Source of the DNA: Bacilli bacterium
Lineage (GTDB): Bacteria > Bacillota_I > Bacilli_A > RFN20 > CAG-826
Length of the DNA: 64,000 bases
Direction of reading: 5' to 3'
Assembly (NCBI GenBank): GCA_035326105.1
Contig: DAOKYO010000002.1
Span: 9,316-73,315, forward strand
Shown: piece by piece, positions 1 to 9,368 of the stretch
How the letters are laid out: each line of letters begins with the position of its first letter
How positions within the stretch are numbered: position 1 is the first letter of the stretch
The notes under the pieces: generated by a model
The model's input: only the letters and a program-made list of their open reading frames with translations
What the model was told of the DNA's origin: nothing
Databases searched by the model: none
Translations under genes and position numbers: made by a program

Positions 1-760
1 TCTTTCGGGTTTGATAATTGAGTTCATCAAACCAAAGATCAAATTTTGAAGCATTAGTAATCATCGTTAAAAAATTAGTATGGCACTGACTATATTTATC
101 ATATAAACCTTTAAGCACCTGTTTTATTTCCTCGCGTTCAGTATGCTTATCAGCAGGACACGAAGAGGGACGAACGGGAAGATGAAGTTGATTGGCAGCC
201 TTAATAATGCTCTTTTCAAAAGTCAAAATAAAGGGGCGAATAAAGGTAATATCTTCACGTTCAAGGCGCATTTTGGGAGCGAAAGTGGCAACTCGCCCCC
301 CATTTATTTCGTTTAAAAACAGGGTTTCAATCGCATCATCAGCATGATGAGCAAAGGCGACCTTATTACATCCGTACTTTTGCGCCGCTTTATTCATCGC
401 GGCTTTCTTCATGCGGGAGCAGATTGAACATGGCAAATGATTAATTCCCATTCTTTCCTGTTGGATAGCCAATATCGGGTAAACGGTACTCGCATCTTCG
501 ATATGGTATTCAATGTTTTGGGATTGAAAATAATCTTTTAAATAATCGCCTTCAAAACCGGGAAAGCCAAGATTTAAGGTTATTCCAATGATGGAAAATT
601 GCTTTTTTGAAAAGCGAGTATATAGGTTTAAAGCATAAGCAAGAAGCAAGGAGTCCTTACCTCCGCTTATTCCGACGGCGATTCTATCGCCGCTCTCAAT
701 TAAATTAAATCTTTCATCCGCCAAGCGGACAGCAGCTAATATTTTGCGAATTTCTTCCAT
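1..760 (-). CDS. PP-loop ATPase, TtcA-like tRNA 2-thiocytidine/thiolation enzyme (C-terminus runs off the window start)
   Basis: Reverse translation from ATG at 760 gives MEEIRKIL...GISGGKDSLLLAYAL (SGGKDS PP-loop) and PCSICSRMKK (TtcA-type Cys motif). Not in the ORF track because it is partial. Confidence 0.6.
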   Translation of the reverse strand, partial: MEEIRKILAAVRLADERFNLIESGDRIAVGISGGKDSLLLAYALNLYTRFSKKQFSIIGITLNLGFPGFEGDYLKDYFQSQNIEYHIEDASTVYPILAIQQERMGINHLPCSICSRMKKAAMNKAAQKYGCNKVAFAHHADDAIETLFLNEINGGRVATFAPKMRLEREDITFIRPFILTFEKSIIKAANQLHLPVRPSSCPADKHTEREEIKQVLKGLYDKYSQCHTNFLTMITNASKFDLWFDELNYQTRK

Positions 761-822
761 TAATCATTTCCTCACGACCGTTTTATATTATAATATACCC
801 GGGTTAGAAAAGGCGATTATTT

Positions 823-1668
823 ATGAACGGAATTTATTTGGTCGACAAGCGAGTGGACTGGACTTCACGCGACTGCGTGAATCGTCTAAGTCATATTTTG
901 CATACCAAAAAAATCGGTCATACCGGAACTTTAGATCCTTTTGCCACGGGTCTTTTGATCATTACCGTCGGCCCATCTACTAAAATTCTTCCCTTTATGG
1001 AAGGATTTAGCAAGACATACGTAGCCAGTTTAAAATTGGGAGCGACAACCGCCACGCTTGATTTAGAAACTCCGGAGACGGTTTTTAAAGAAATACCTCC
1101 ATTGACCAAAGAGGATATTGAACAAGTATTTAAGGATTATATTGGAAAGATAAAGCAAATTCCGCCGACCACGAGTGCAATAAAGATCGATGGGGTTCCC
1201 GCCTATAAACGATATCGAGCGGGAGAAACCATTACAATGAAAACTCGCGAAGTGGAAGTATATGACTTAAAGTTGATTTCCTATGTTCCCCCAGTAATAA
1301 ATTTTATGGTTACTTGCTCAAGCGGAACTTATGTTCGTACTCTTGGAGCTGATATCGCCCAAAGTTTAAATACGCTTGGTTACCTTACTGCTCTTCGCCG
1401 AACAAAGATTGGTTCTTTCTTGGTAAGCGCGGCGAAAGATGTTGAAAACATTACTTTAACGGATGCTCATTCCAGTATGGAAGCGCTGATTGATATGCCC
1501 CGGCTGAATGTAAATAGTGAGCAAAAGGAGTTAGTTATACATGGCCGCTATTTACAAATTGAGCAACAAGCGCCGTTGCTTTTAATGGTTGATGATAATT
1601 TACCATTAGCCATCTATTACTGGAATGACGAGGAAAAAATATATAAATGTCGCCGAGGTTTATTATGA
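823..1668 (+). CDS. truB: tRNA pseudouridine(55) synthase TruB
   Basis: 281 aa; HTGTLDPFATGLL catalytic Asp motif; C-terminal PUA-like region; sits next to ribF as in Firmicutes. Confidence 0.9.
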   Translation: MNGIYLVDKRVDWTSRDCVNRLSHILHTKKIGHTGTLDPFATGLLIITVGPSTKILPFMEGFSKTYVASLKLGATTATLDLETPETVFKEIPPLTKEDIEQVFKDYIGKIKQIPPTTSAIKIDGVPAYKRYRAGETITMKTREVEVYDLKLISYVPPVINFMVTCSSGTYVRTLGADIAQSLNTLGYLTALRRTKIGSFLVSAAKDVENITLTDAHSSMEALIDMPRLNVNSEQKELVIHGRYLQIEQQAPLLLMVDDNLPLAIYYWNDEEKIYKCRRGLL

Positions 1669-2594
1669 TAAAAAGAATAAATGTTGATTTGCAAAATGTT
1701 GAACGTATAAGTGGTGGTTTAGCCCTTTGTCTTGGCTATTTTGATGGGCTTCATGTCGGTCATTTAGCGTTAATTACGGAAGCGAAAAAAACGGGTCAGC
1801 CAGTAGGGATTATTACTTTTGCTAACTCAAATGATCTTCTTGCCACAAGAAGAAATCGACAATTAACTTCCATTGATGATCGGTTGCATTTACTTGATGA
1901 GATGGGGGTCGACTATCTATTTGTTATTGATTTTACGTTAGAAATACGTGATATGGAAGCGGATGATTTTGTTAAAAATGTCATAATCGCTTTAGGCGCT
2001 ACCTATGTCATATGTGGGGAAGATTTTCATTTTGGTCGGGGAGCGCAGGGTGGCATTTCTAATTTAAGGGATGATTTTAAATCCGCTTTTAAAACTCTGG
2101 TTGTGAAACCGATTCTAGATGCGGAAGGCAATAAAATTTCCTCCAGCCTAATCAAGAAGTATCTCGACACGGGCGAAATTGAAAAAGCTAATCAACTGCT
2201 TGGCCGTGAGTATATCATCTATGGCAAAGTAAAGCATGGCTTTGGCAATGGAAAAGGCTTCGGCTTCCCAACAGCCAACCTTGATTTGTTGGCTAATTAT
2301 GTTGTTCCCAAAAACGGAGTATATGCGGTTCGGGTTCTATATCAAGGGCAACTTTACTGGGGCGCAGCTAATATCGGTACCCACCCCACCATAATGGAAA
2401 CAACCGATTCCCAAATTGAAGTGTTTATTCTTGACTTTCATTCGGTGGTTTATACGCAAAATATCGGTCTATATTTTGTCAGACGACTCCGGGATGAAGT
2501 GAAGTTTGCATCTATTTCCGAATTGAAACGGGCGATGGCGGAAGACGTGGAAAAAGTTCGGGCGCTTTCCATTAGCGTTTCTTTAGAAAAATAA
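1647..2594 (+). CDS. ribF: Bifunctional riboflavin kinase / FAD synthetase
   Basis: 315 aa; GYFDGLHVGH nucleotidyltransferase motif; C-terminal riboflavin-kinase region (PTANL, GTHPT); the start may instead be the internal ATG at 1665. Confidence 0.9.
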   Translation: MSPRFIMIKRINVDLQNVERISGGLALCLGYFDGLHVGHLALITEAKKTGQPVGIITFANSNDLLATRRNRQLTSIDDRLHLLDEMGVDYLFVIDFTLEIRDMEADDFVKNVIIALGATYVICGEDFHFGRGAQGGISNLRDDFKSAFKTLVVKPILDAEGNKISSSLIKKYLDTGEIEKANQLLGREYIIYGKVKHGFGNGKGFGFPTANLDLLANYVVPKNGVYAVRVLYQGQLYWGAANIGTHPTIMETTDSQIEVFILDFHSVVYTQNIGLYFVRRLRDEVKFASISELKRAMAEDVEKVRALSISVSLEK

Positions 2595-2636
2595 AGATTA
2601 CAATGGTAAAATGGCAATTGTCAAAAGGAGAATATT

Positions 2637-3833
2637 ATGGCAAGTGAAAAAATTAGCAGTAATTTATTTTGGGTAGGTTCACATGATCCGCACCTACGGC
2701 GGTTTGACATCGTCATGGAAACAAAATATGGTTCTACCTACAACTCCTATATTTTTGAGTCAAATGGCGAATATGCGCTCATTGATGGCAGTAAGCTTGG
2801 TTTTGAAGAAGAGTGGTTAGGCAACATTAAAGAGGTCGTGGCGATTGAAAAGATTTCCACTATGGTGGTTCAGCATACGGAGCCAGATCATAGTTCGGCG
2901 ATTGCTGAACTTTTAAAAATAAATCCCAACATTCAAATTTATGGTTCGCCTCTAGCAATGGCCAATTTACGGGAAATAGTCAATCATCCCTTTAATGCTC
3001 ACGTTATTAAAGATGGGGAGAAAATTACTATTGGAGATGATACCTTGGAATTTATCGTCGCCCCGAATCTTCACTGGCCAGATACGATTTTCACCTATAT
3101 CGAAAAGCAAAAGTATCTTTTTACCTGCGATTTCTTTGGTGCCCACATCTGCGTTGAGCCGATGGCATTATCCGCTATCGCCCAAAAGAAGGAATATGCA
3201 GAATCATTTAAAGTATATTTCGATGCAATTATGTCGCCCTTTAAGCCCTTTGTTCGGGTTGGACTAGCCAAAATTAAAAATCTAAAAATCGATTATATCC
3301 TTAATTCACATGGTCCATATTTGGATAGTCCAGAAGCAATTAGAAACGCCCAAAATTTATACCAAAAATGGGCGGAGCAACCAGTGCGTCTACGGAAGAA
3401 AGTAACGATGGTTTATTGCTCGAATTATGGATACACTAAACTTATTGCCGAGGCGATGGCTGAAACAATAAAAGAGTATGATGTCGAATTCAAAATGTAT
3501 GACATCGTTGATTCAGCGACCGCCGATATGGTCGCTGATATTGAAGATGCGGATGGTGTTTTATTTGGCTCACCGACGATCGTGGCTGACGTTATTCGCC
3601 CTGTTTATGATTTGATGAACGAACTTAATCCCTTTGTTATGATGAATAAAATTGCCGGGGCCTTTGGTTCATACGGCTGGAGTGGAGAGGCGGTTGGCAA
3701 TCTGCTTACTCGCGCCAAGCAGCTTAAAATGAAGACCATTGATGACGGCTTTAAAGTGCGCCTAAATCCAACGGCGGATGATCTTGTAAAGGCAAAGGCT
3801 TATGCCTCCAACTTTGTTAACGGCCTTTACTAG
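2637..3833 (+). CDS. Flavodiiron protein (FprA / type A flavoprotein, metallo-beta-lactamase-like + flavodoxin domains)
   Basis: 398 aa; diiron ligand motif VVQHTEPDHSS; C-terminal flavodoxin-like region (MVYCSNYGYT, FGSPT). Confidence 0.8.
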   Translation: MASEKISSNLFWVGSHDPHLRRFDIVMETKYGSTYNSYIFESNGEYALIDGSKLGFEEEWLGNIKEVVAIEKISTMVVQHTEPDHSSAIAELLKINPNIQIYGSPLAMANLREIVNHPFNAHVIKDGEKITIGDDTLEFIVAPNLHWPDTIFTYIEKQKYLFTCDFFGAHICVEPMALSAIAQKKEYAESFKVYFDAIMSPFKPFVRVGLAKIKNLKIDYILNSHGPYLDSPEAIRNAQNLYQKWAEQPVRLRKKVTMVYCSNYGYTKLIAEAMAETIKEYDVEFKMYDIVDSATADMVADIEDADGVLFGSPTIVADVIRPVYDLMNELNPFVMMNKIAGAFGSYGWSGEAVGNLLTRAKQLKMKTIDDGFKVRLNPTADDLVKAKAYASNFVNGLY

Positions 3834-3955
3834 ATTTATTACTTGATTATTTGTGATTCAATCTATATATTATAAGTGCAACTTATCCGTTGACTTGCGT
3901 GTCTCCGACGCCAGCCGCTGGGTAAGCAAAGTAGTTAAACAAGGAGGAAAAGCTT
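3834..3955 (+). promoter_or_regulatory. rpsO 5' leader (possible S15 autoregulatory structure)
   Basis: 122-nt structured-looking leader (ccgttgacttgcgtgtctccgacgccagccgctggg) ending in RBS AAGGAGG; S15 autoregulates via its leader in many bacteria. Function not verified here. Confidence 0.3.
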
Positions 3956-4222
3956 ATGTTAAGCAAAGAAGCAACTGCTGAAATCGTCAAGAAGTTTGGT
4001 AAAGATGGTAAGGATACGGGTTCAGCCCAAGTCCAAATTGCCCTTCTTACCGCGGAAATTCAAGCGCTCACCGAGCACATGAAGACCAACATCCATGATT
4101 TTAACAGCAAGCGCGGTCTTCTAACAAAAGTTGGAAAACGTCGGTCATTATTGAATTATCTTGCCCGCACCAACCGCGATGCCTATCTTAAGTTGATTGA
4201 ACAACTCAATCTTCGTAAGTAA
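3956..4222 (+). CDS. rpsO: 30S ribosomal protein S15
   Basis: 88 aa; typical S15 sequence (LTEHMKTN.HDF.S.RGLL..VG.RR.LL.YL). Confidence 0.95.
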   Translation: MLSKEATAEIVKKFGKDGKDTGSAQVQIALLTAEIQALTEHMKTNIHDFNSKRGLLTKVGKRRSLLNYLARTNRDAYLKLIEQLNLRK

Positions 4223-4231
4223 TGGAAATAG

Positions 4232-4260
4232 ATACCGCTCGCTTTGAGCGGTATTTTATT
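4232..4260 (+). terminator. Intrinsic terminator after rpsO
   Basis: Perfect 9-bp stem ataccgctc / gagcggtat with a 5-nt loop, followed by tttatt. Confidence 0.75.
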
Positions 4261-4289
4261 TATCAATCAATTTTTAAAAGGAGCTAATT

Positions 4290-5507
4290 ATGACAATAAA
4301 AGAACGTTTTATTCACTACACAACTTTTGACACGCAAAGTAATGATCATTCAACTAGCAGCCCTTCTACCGATAAGCAATGGGCGCTTTTAAAAGCGCTT
4401 AAAGAAGAGCTTATCGTTTTAGGAGTAAAAGATGTCGAACTTTCTTCGCATGGAGTTCTCTATGCCCATATCCCTTCCAATAGCACGAAAGAGATTGTCC
4501 CCACTATCGGTTTTATTGCGCATGTTGATACCGCCCTGGAAATGAGCGGAAAAGACGTTAAAGCCCGGGTAATCAATAATTATGATGGCAAGGCCATAAC
4601 CCTTAATCAGGCGCAGAACATCATTATGGATCCCGAGCATTTTCCGGCTTTAAAACGCGTGGTGGGTGATGATTTAGTTGTAACCGACGGAACGACCCTT
4701 CTTGGCGCGGATGACAAGGCTGGAGTCGCCATTATAATGACGTTGGTGGAAAGCTTGGCGCACCAAGATGCGCCAATTCATGGCCCGATTGCTATTGCTT
4801 TTACCCCCGATGAAGAGATTGGACGTGGAGTGGAAAATTTCGATTTGGCGCGGATGGGGGCTGATTATGCCTACACGATTGATGGTAGCGATATCGAGTT
4901 TGCAAATTACGAGAACTTTAATGCCGCGAGCGCGGTGGTTACTATTGCTGGAAAATCCATTCACCCCGGAGATGCTAAAGACAAGATGGTCAATTCAATC
5001 TTGGTGGCTATGGAATTTAACGCTCTTTTACCGACGGAAGATGTTCCAGCCAAAACTGAGGGTTACCAAGGTTTTAATCATGTCACCGCAATTGAAGGCG
5101 GAGTTAACAAGACCGTGGTCGAATATATTATTCGTAATCATGATATGGAGAAACTTGAGAAGCAGATGCGGGATTTCCAAAATGCGGCTGCTAAGTTAAA
5201 TGAAAAATATGGCCAAGGTACAGTAGATTTGATGGTTAAGAAAGGTTACCGGAATATGGGACCATTGCTTAAAAAGGATCCAGCTGCTCTTCATCATCTT
5301 GAAGCGGCTTATCACGCATTAGGATTACCCCTATCTTATGTTCCAATACGGGGAGGAACTGATGGTGCGGAGTTATCGTATCGTGGAATGCTGACACCTA
5401 ATCTAGGCACCGGAGGATTCAATATGCACGGCCGATATGAATTTGCCTCACTCAATCAGATGCAGAAAATGGTTGATGTTCTTACGCAGATGGTAAAAAT
5501 TGGCTGA
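4290..5507 (+). CDS. pepT: Peptidase T (tripeptide aminopeptidase, M20B)
   Basis: 405 aa; N-terminal MTIKERFIHYTTFDTQS typical of PepT; M20 metal-binding region (HVDT, GADDKAG, DEEIG). Confidence 0.85.
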   Translation: MTIKERFIHYTTFDTQSNDHSTSSPSTDKQWALLKALKEELIVLGVKDVELSSHGVLYAHIPSNSTKEIVPTIGFIAHVDTALEMSGKDVKARVINNYDGKAITLNQAQNIIMDPEHFPALKRVVGDDLVVTDGTTLLGADDKAGVAIIMTLVESLAHQDAPIHGPIAIAFTPDEEIGRGVENFDLARMGADYAYTIDGSDIEFANYENFNAASAVVTIAGKSIHPGDAKDKMVNSILVAMEFNALLPTEDVPAKTEGYQGFNHVTAIEGGVNKTVVEYIIRNHDMEKLEKQMRDFQNAAAKLNEKYGQGTVDLMVKKGYRNMGPLLKKDPAALHHLEAAYHALGLPLSYVPIRGGTDGAELSYRGMLTPNLGTGGFNMHGRYEFASLNQMQKMVDVLTQMVKIG

Positions 5508-5530
5508 AATTTCGGCATAAATCAAATTTA

Positions 5531-5556
5531 GGGGAAGAAAAACTTCCCCTTTTCTT
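5531..5556 (+). terminator. Intrinsic terminator after pepT
   Basis: ggggaag-aaaaa-cttcccc stem-loop followed by ttttcttt. Confidence 0.75.
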
Positions 5557-5633
5557 TGCTCATTTTTCTTCATTACCATTTTCTAGTTGTGATATACTAT
5601 TAAAGTAAAAAATGAAAGAGAGAGAATTTTTAA

Positions 5634-7835
5634 ATGCCAAAAAAAGTTTTTGAATTGGAATTCGAAGGCAAACTGTTTAAGGCGGAAATTGGCGAATTAG
5701 CAAAGCAGGCAGATGGCGCGGCTTTGATTCGTTATAATGATTCCACCGTTTTAAGTACGGTTTGTTGCTCCGATAAGCCAAAAGAGGGAGATTTTTTCCC
5801 GCTGACTGTCGAGTATATGGAAAAACAATACGCGGCGGGTCGTATTCCGGGATCTTTTCTAAGAAGAGAAGGTCGGGGAAGCGAACATGCTACATTAACC
5901 GCGAGAATGATTGATCGACCCATTCGTCCGATGTTCTCCGATGGATTCCGTAATGAAGTCCAAATTATCAACACCGTTTTAAGCGCGGATCCCGATGCGC
6001 CATCGGAAATGGCCGCGATGCTAGGCTCATCCCTGGCGCTGGGAATTTCAAATATTCCTTTTGACGGTCCGATTGCCGGTGTCAATGTTGGCCGCGTCGA
6101 TGGAAAATTTGTAATTAATCCCAACACCGAAGAGCGTTTGGTAAGCGATTTAGATTTGACGGTTGCCGGTACTGAAGAAGCCATCAACATGGTTGAAGCC
6201 GGATCGATGGAATTAGATGAAGATACGATGCTTGACGCCTTGATGTTTGGTCATGAGGCCATTAAGAAACTTTGCCAATGGCAAAAAGAAATTATCGCTG
6301 AGGTCGGTAAGGAAAAAAGAGAAATTAAACTCTTCCTTCCTGAGGAATCCTTGGTAGAGGAAATGCATACTCGCGCCTATAGTGATTTAAAAGCAGCGGT
6401 TAGCATTTTTGATAAACTTGAACGGCAGAAGGCAATCGATAAGTTAGGCGAAGAAATCGTTGCAGAATACACCGCCCGGGAAGATATTCCTTCCGAAAAT
6501 AAGGGCAAAGTAGTCTCTGATGTCAAAGCCATTTACGAAACGATGATTGCTAACGAAGTGCGCCGGCTTATCACCGAAGAAAAAATCCGCCCTGATGGTC
6601 GGAAAGTTGATGAGGTTCGACCACTAAATGCCCAAGTGGATATTCTTCCGCGCGTGCATGGTTCAGCTCTGTTTACACGTGGCCAAACACAAGTTTTGTC
6701 GATTGTAACTCTTGGAGCTAAATCCGATGAACAACTAATTGATGATTTAACGGACGAGACTTCCCGCCGTTTTATGCATCAATATAATTTTCCGCCATTT
6801 AGTGTTGGCGATATTAAAAAGGTAGGTAGTCCTGGACGTAGAGAAATCGGCCACGGACATTTAGGCGAAAGAGCTTTGAGTTATGTCATTCCAAGCGAAG
6901 AATCATTCCCTTATACCATTAGAGTAGTGAGCGAAGTATTGGAAAGTAACGGCTCCTCGTCCCAAGCGAGTATCTGTGCCGCTTCAATGGCGCTTATGGC
7001 GGCCGGCGTTCCGATAAAGGATATGGTTACCGGAATTGCTATGGGACTTATTACCAGCGGTCCGTTGGACGGGAAGCATCCCTATACCATCCTTACCGAT
7101 ATTCAAGGTTTGGAAGATCACTTTGGCGATATGGACTTTAAAGTGGCGGGAACACCGAAGGGTATCACCGCCCTTCAGATGGATATCAAAATTAAAGGTG
7201 TCACTAAGGAAATCTTACGTGAAGCTCTAGCACAAGCTCATAAAGCCCGGGCCGAAATTCGGGCTGTGCAAATGGGAGCAATCAGCGAACCCCGCGAAGA
7301 TGTGGCCGAGTATGCCCCTAAGATGGAGACCTTTACCATCGACCCAGATAAAATCAGAGAAGTTATCGGGACGGGTGGAAAAGTCATCAATGACATTATC
7401 GCTCAATGCGATAACTGTAAGATTGATATCGAGGATGATGGTCGGGTGACGATTTATCATATGAATCGGGAAACAATCAAGAAAGCACGGGCAATGATTG
7501 ATAATATTGTTCGGGTAGCCAAGGTTGGCGAAGTATATGAAGGAGTCGTCAATCGGGTTGAAGATTACGGGTGCTTTGTGAATCTCTTTGGAGAAGTGGA
7601 TGGCTTATGCCATGTTTCACGTCTGGCCTGGACACGAACCGAAAACCCACGCGACGTAGTTAAGATCGGTCAAAAACTGAAAGTTATCGTTACCGAAATT
7701 GACGAAAAAGGCAAAGTCAAGGTTAGTCACCGTGAATTTACCGAGAAACCGGCCGATTACGTTGAACCGGTTGCTAAGGAAGAAAATTCCGGACCGCGCA
7801 AAGGATTTAAGAAATTTGGACATCGGCGCGACTAA
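5634..7835 (+). CDS. pnp: Polynucleotide phosphorylase
   Basis: 733 aa; two RNase PH domains, KH and S1 domains; follows rpsO as in most bacteria. Confidence 0.95.
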   Translation: MPKKVFELEFEGKLFKAEIGELAKQADGAALIRYNDSTVLSTVCCSDKPKEGDFFPLTVEYMEKQYAAGRIPGSFLRREGRGSEHATLTARMIDRPIRPMFSDGFRNEVQIINTVLSADPDAPSEMAAMLGSSLALGISNIPFDGPIAGVNVGRVDGKFVINPNTEERLVSDLDLTVAGTEEAINMVEAGSMELDEDTMLDALMFGHEAIKKLCQWQKEIIAEVGKEKREIKLFLPEESLVEEMHTRAYSDLKAAVSIFDKLERQKAIDKLGEEIVAEYTAREDIPSENKGKVVSDVKAIYETMIANEVRRLITEEKIRPDGRKVDEVRPLNAQVDILPRVHGSALFTRGQTQVLSIVTLGAKSDEQLIDDLTDETSRRFMHQYNFPPFSVGDIKKVGSPGRREIGHGHLGERALSYVIPSEESFPYTIRVVSEVLESNGSSSQASICAASMALMAAGVPIKDMVTGIAMGLITSGPLDGKHPYTILTDIQGLEDHFGDMDFKVAGTPKGITALQMDIKIKGVTKEILREALAQAHKARAEIRAVQMGAISEPREDVAEYAPKMETFTIDPDKIREVIGTGGKVINDIIAQCDNCKIDIEDDGRVTIYHMNRETIKKARAMIDNIVRVAKVGEVYEGVVNRVEDYGCFVNLFGEVDGLCHVSRLAWTRTENPRDVVKIGQKLKVIVTEIDEKGKVKVSHREFTEKPADYVEPVAKEENSGPRKGFKKFGHRRD

Positions 7836-7845
7836 GTAAGGTATT

Positions 7846-7880
7846 TAAAAGGTAGGAGGTAAAATTCCTACCTTTTTTTA
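7846..7880 (+). terminator. Intrinsic terminator after pnp
   Basis: aggtagga...tcctacct hairpin followed by a T7 run. Confidence 0.75.
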
Positions 7881-7925
7881 GCAAATTCAGCAATATCGCG
7901 ATACAATATTAACGAGGTAGTAAAT

Positions 7926-9368
7926 ATGTACGACATTACAATAATCGGAGCCGGTGTGGTTGGGGCGCTCATTGCTCGCGAGCTTTCATTTTATCAATTG
8001 AAAGTGGCGTTGATTGACAAGGATAGTGATGTCGGAAACGCGACGACGATGGCTAACTCGGCTATCGTTCACAGCGGATATGATCCCGAACCAAACTCTT
8101 TAAAAGCCAAATTGAATGTCGAAGGCAATGCCATGTTCGATCAACTGAGCACGGAGTTAGATGTAAACTTCGGCCGCATTGGCTCATTGACACTGGCAAT
8201 GGAAGATGAGCAATGGCTGGTAATTCGCCAATTAGTCGATCGGGCAAAAGAAAATAAGGTTCCTGTGACTTTACTGAGCGGGGATGAGGTTCGGCAGATG
8301 GAACCCAACGTTAATCCAACGGTCAAAGGTGGATTATTGGCTCCGACTGCCGGCATTGTCAATCCTTTTCAATTATGTGTTCACGCAGTGGAAAACGCCG
8401 TTGATAATGGGGTGAATTTATTTTTAAATAGCGAGGTCATCGGAATAAAAAAAACTAACGAAGGGTTTTCTGTTGACTTTAAAAACGGCTCCCAAATAAA
8501 CACGAAATACATCGTAAACGCCGCGGGCATTTATAGCGATAAAATCGCAATGATGATCGGCGATAATTCCTTTAAAATAAATCCGCGCAAGGGCGAGTAT
8601 TACGTTCTCGACCATTTCGGATTTGGATTTGTAAATCATGTCATCTTCCCGCTTCCCACCGACAAGGGAAAGGGTATTCTGATTACTCCAACTACATCGG
8701 GAAACTATCTGGTGGGACCCAGCAGCGAATTTGTTGACACTCGCTCTTCGCTTGCAACCGATATGGCTACTTTAAAAGCGGTACGCGCGAGCGCCACGCA
8801 ACTTATTCCCTCAATTCCTTTTAACCAAGTTATCCGCACTTTCAGCGGGTTAAGGGCTACACCGTCAACCCACGATTTTATCATTTCCGAATCAGCGGTT
8901 GATCGTCATTTTATCAACGTTGCGGGAATTGAATCTCCGGGTTTAGCTTCTTCACCGGCGATTGCCAAGTATGTGGTCGATGAAATCATTGGCAAGCAAA
9001 TCCCATTGGTTAAGAATGAATTGGCTGGTCGGAGCATCAAGCCATATATTCATCCTTTGAATATGGATTTTGAGTCGCGGAAAAAATTAATTTCCGAACA
9101 TCCGGAATTTGGCGATATTATTTGCAATTGTGAAAAGATTTCCCGCGGTGAGATTTTGCAAACTTTAAATCGCAGTTGCCCGCCCCACTCGATTAAAGCC
9201 ATAAAAAAGCGGACCCGGGCCGGATTCGGCCGCTGTCAGGGCGGTTTTTGCCAGACGCGGGTGATATCTATTCTGGCTGATTTTTATAAAATTGATCCCA
9301 CTGATGTCGACTATGATGAGCAGGGAACACCGGTTTTAATTGAAGATAGCAAGGAGAACGGAAAATAA
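7926..9368 (+). CDS. FAD-dependent glycerol-3-phosphate dehydrogenase-like oxidoreductase with C-terminal BFD-like [2Fe-2S] domain (GlpA-like)
   Basis: 480 aa; N-terminal GAGVVG FAD fold; C-terminal CNCEKISRGEI...CQGGFC Cys cluster. Confidence 0.75.
   Translation: MYDITIIGAGVVGALIARELSFYQLKVALIDKDSDVGNATTMANSAIVHSGYDPEPNSLKAKLNVEGNAMFDQLSTELDVNFGRIGSLTLAMEDEQWLVIRQLVDRAKENKVPVTLLSGDEVRQMEPNVNPTVKGGLLAPTAGIVNPFQLCVHAVENAVDNGVNLFLNSEVIGIKKTNEGFSVDFKNGSQINTKYIVNAAGIYSDKIAMMIGDNSFKINPRKGEYYVLDHFGFGFVNHVIFPLPTDKGKGILITPTTSGNYLVGPSSEFVDTRSSLATDMATLKAVRASATQLIPSIPFNQVIRTFSGLRATPSTHDFIISESAVDRHFINVAGIESPGLASSPAIAKYVVDEIIGKQIPLVKNELAGRSIKPYIHPLNMDFESRKKLISEHPEFGDIICNCEKISRGEILQTLNRSCPPHSIKAIKKRTRAGFGRCQGGFCQTRVISILADFYKIDPTDVDYDEQGTPVLIEDSKENGK

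Noticed and set aside
2995-3267. Same-strand alternative-frame ORFs inside fprA, ftsK, pulA and others (for example 2995..3267, 12934..13146, 16932..17138, 17862..18179)
   Set aside because: They are out-of-frame overlaps within conserved genes and show no independent signal.
5732-6190. 152-aa minus-strand ORF inside pnp (and similar antisense ORFs at 4674..4964, 11302..11586, 20274..20561, 27812..28201, 46104..46460, 56684..57109, 63386..63754)
   Set aside because: They fully overlap strongly conserved sense-strand genes, have low-complexity or Ser/Arg-rich translations, and lack RBS or promoter context. They look like random antisense frames.
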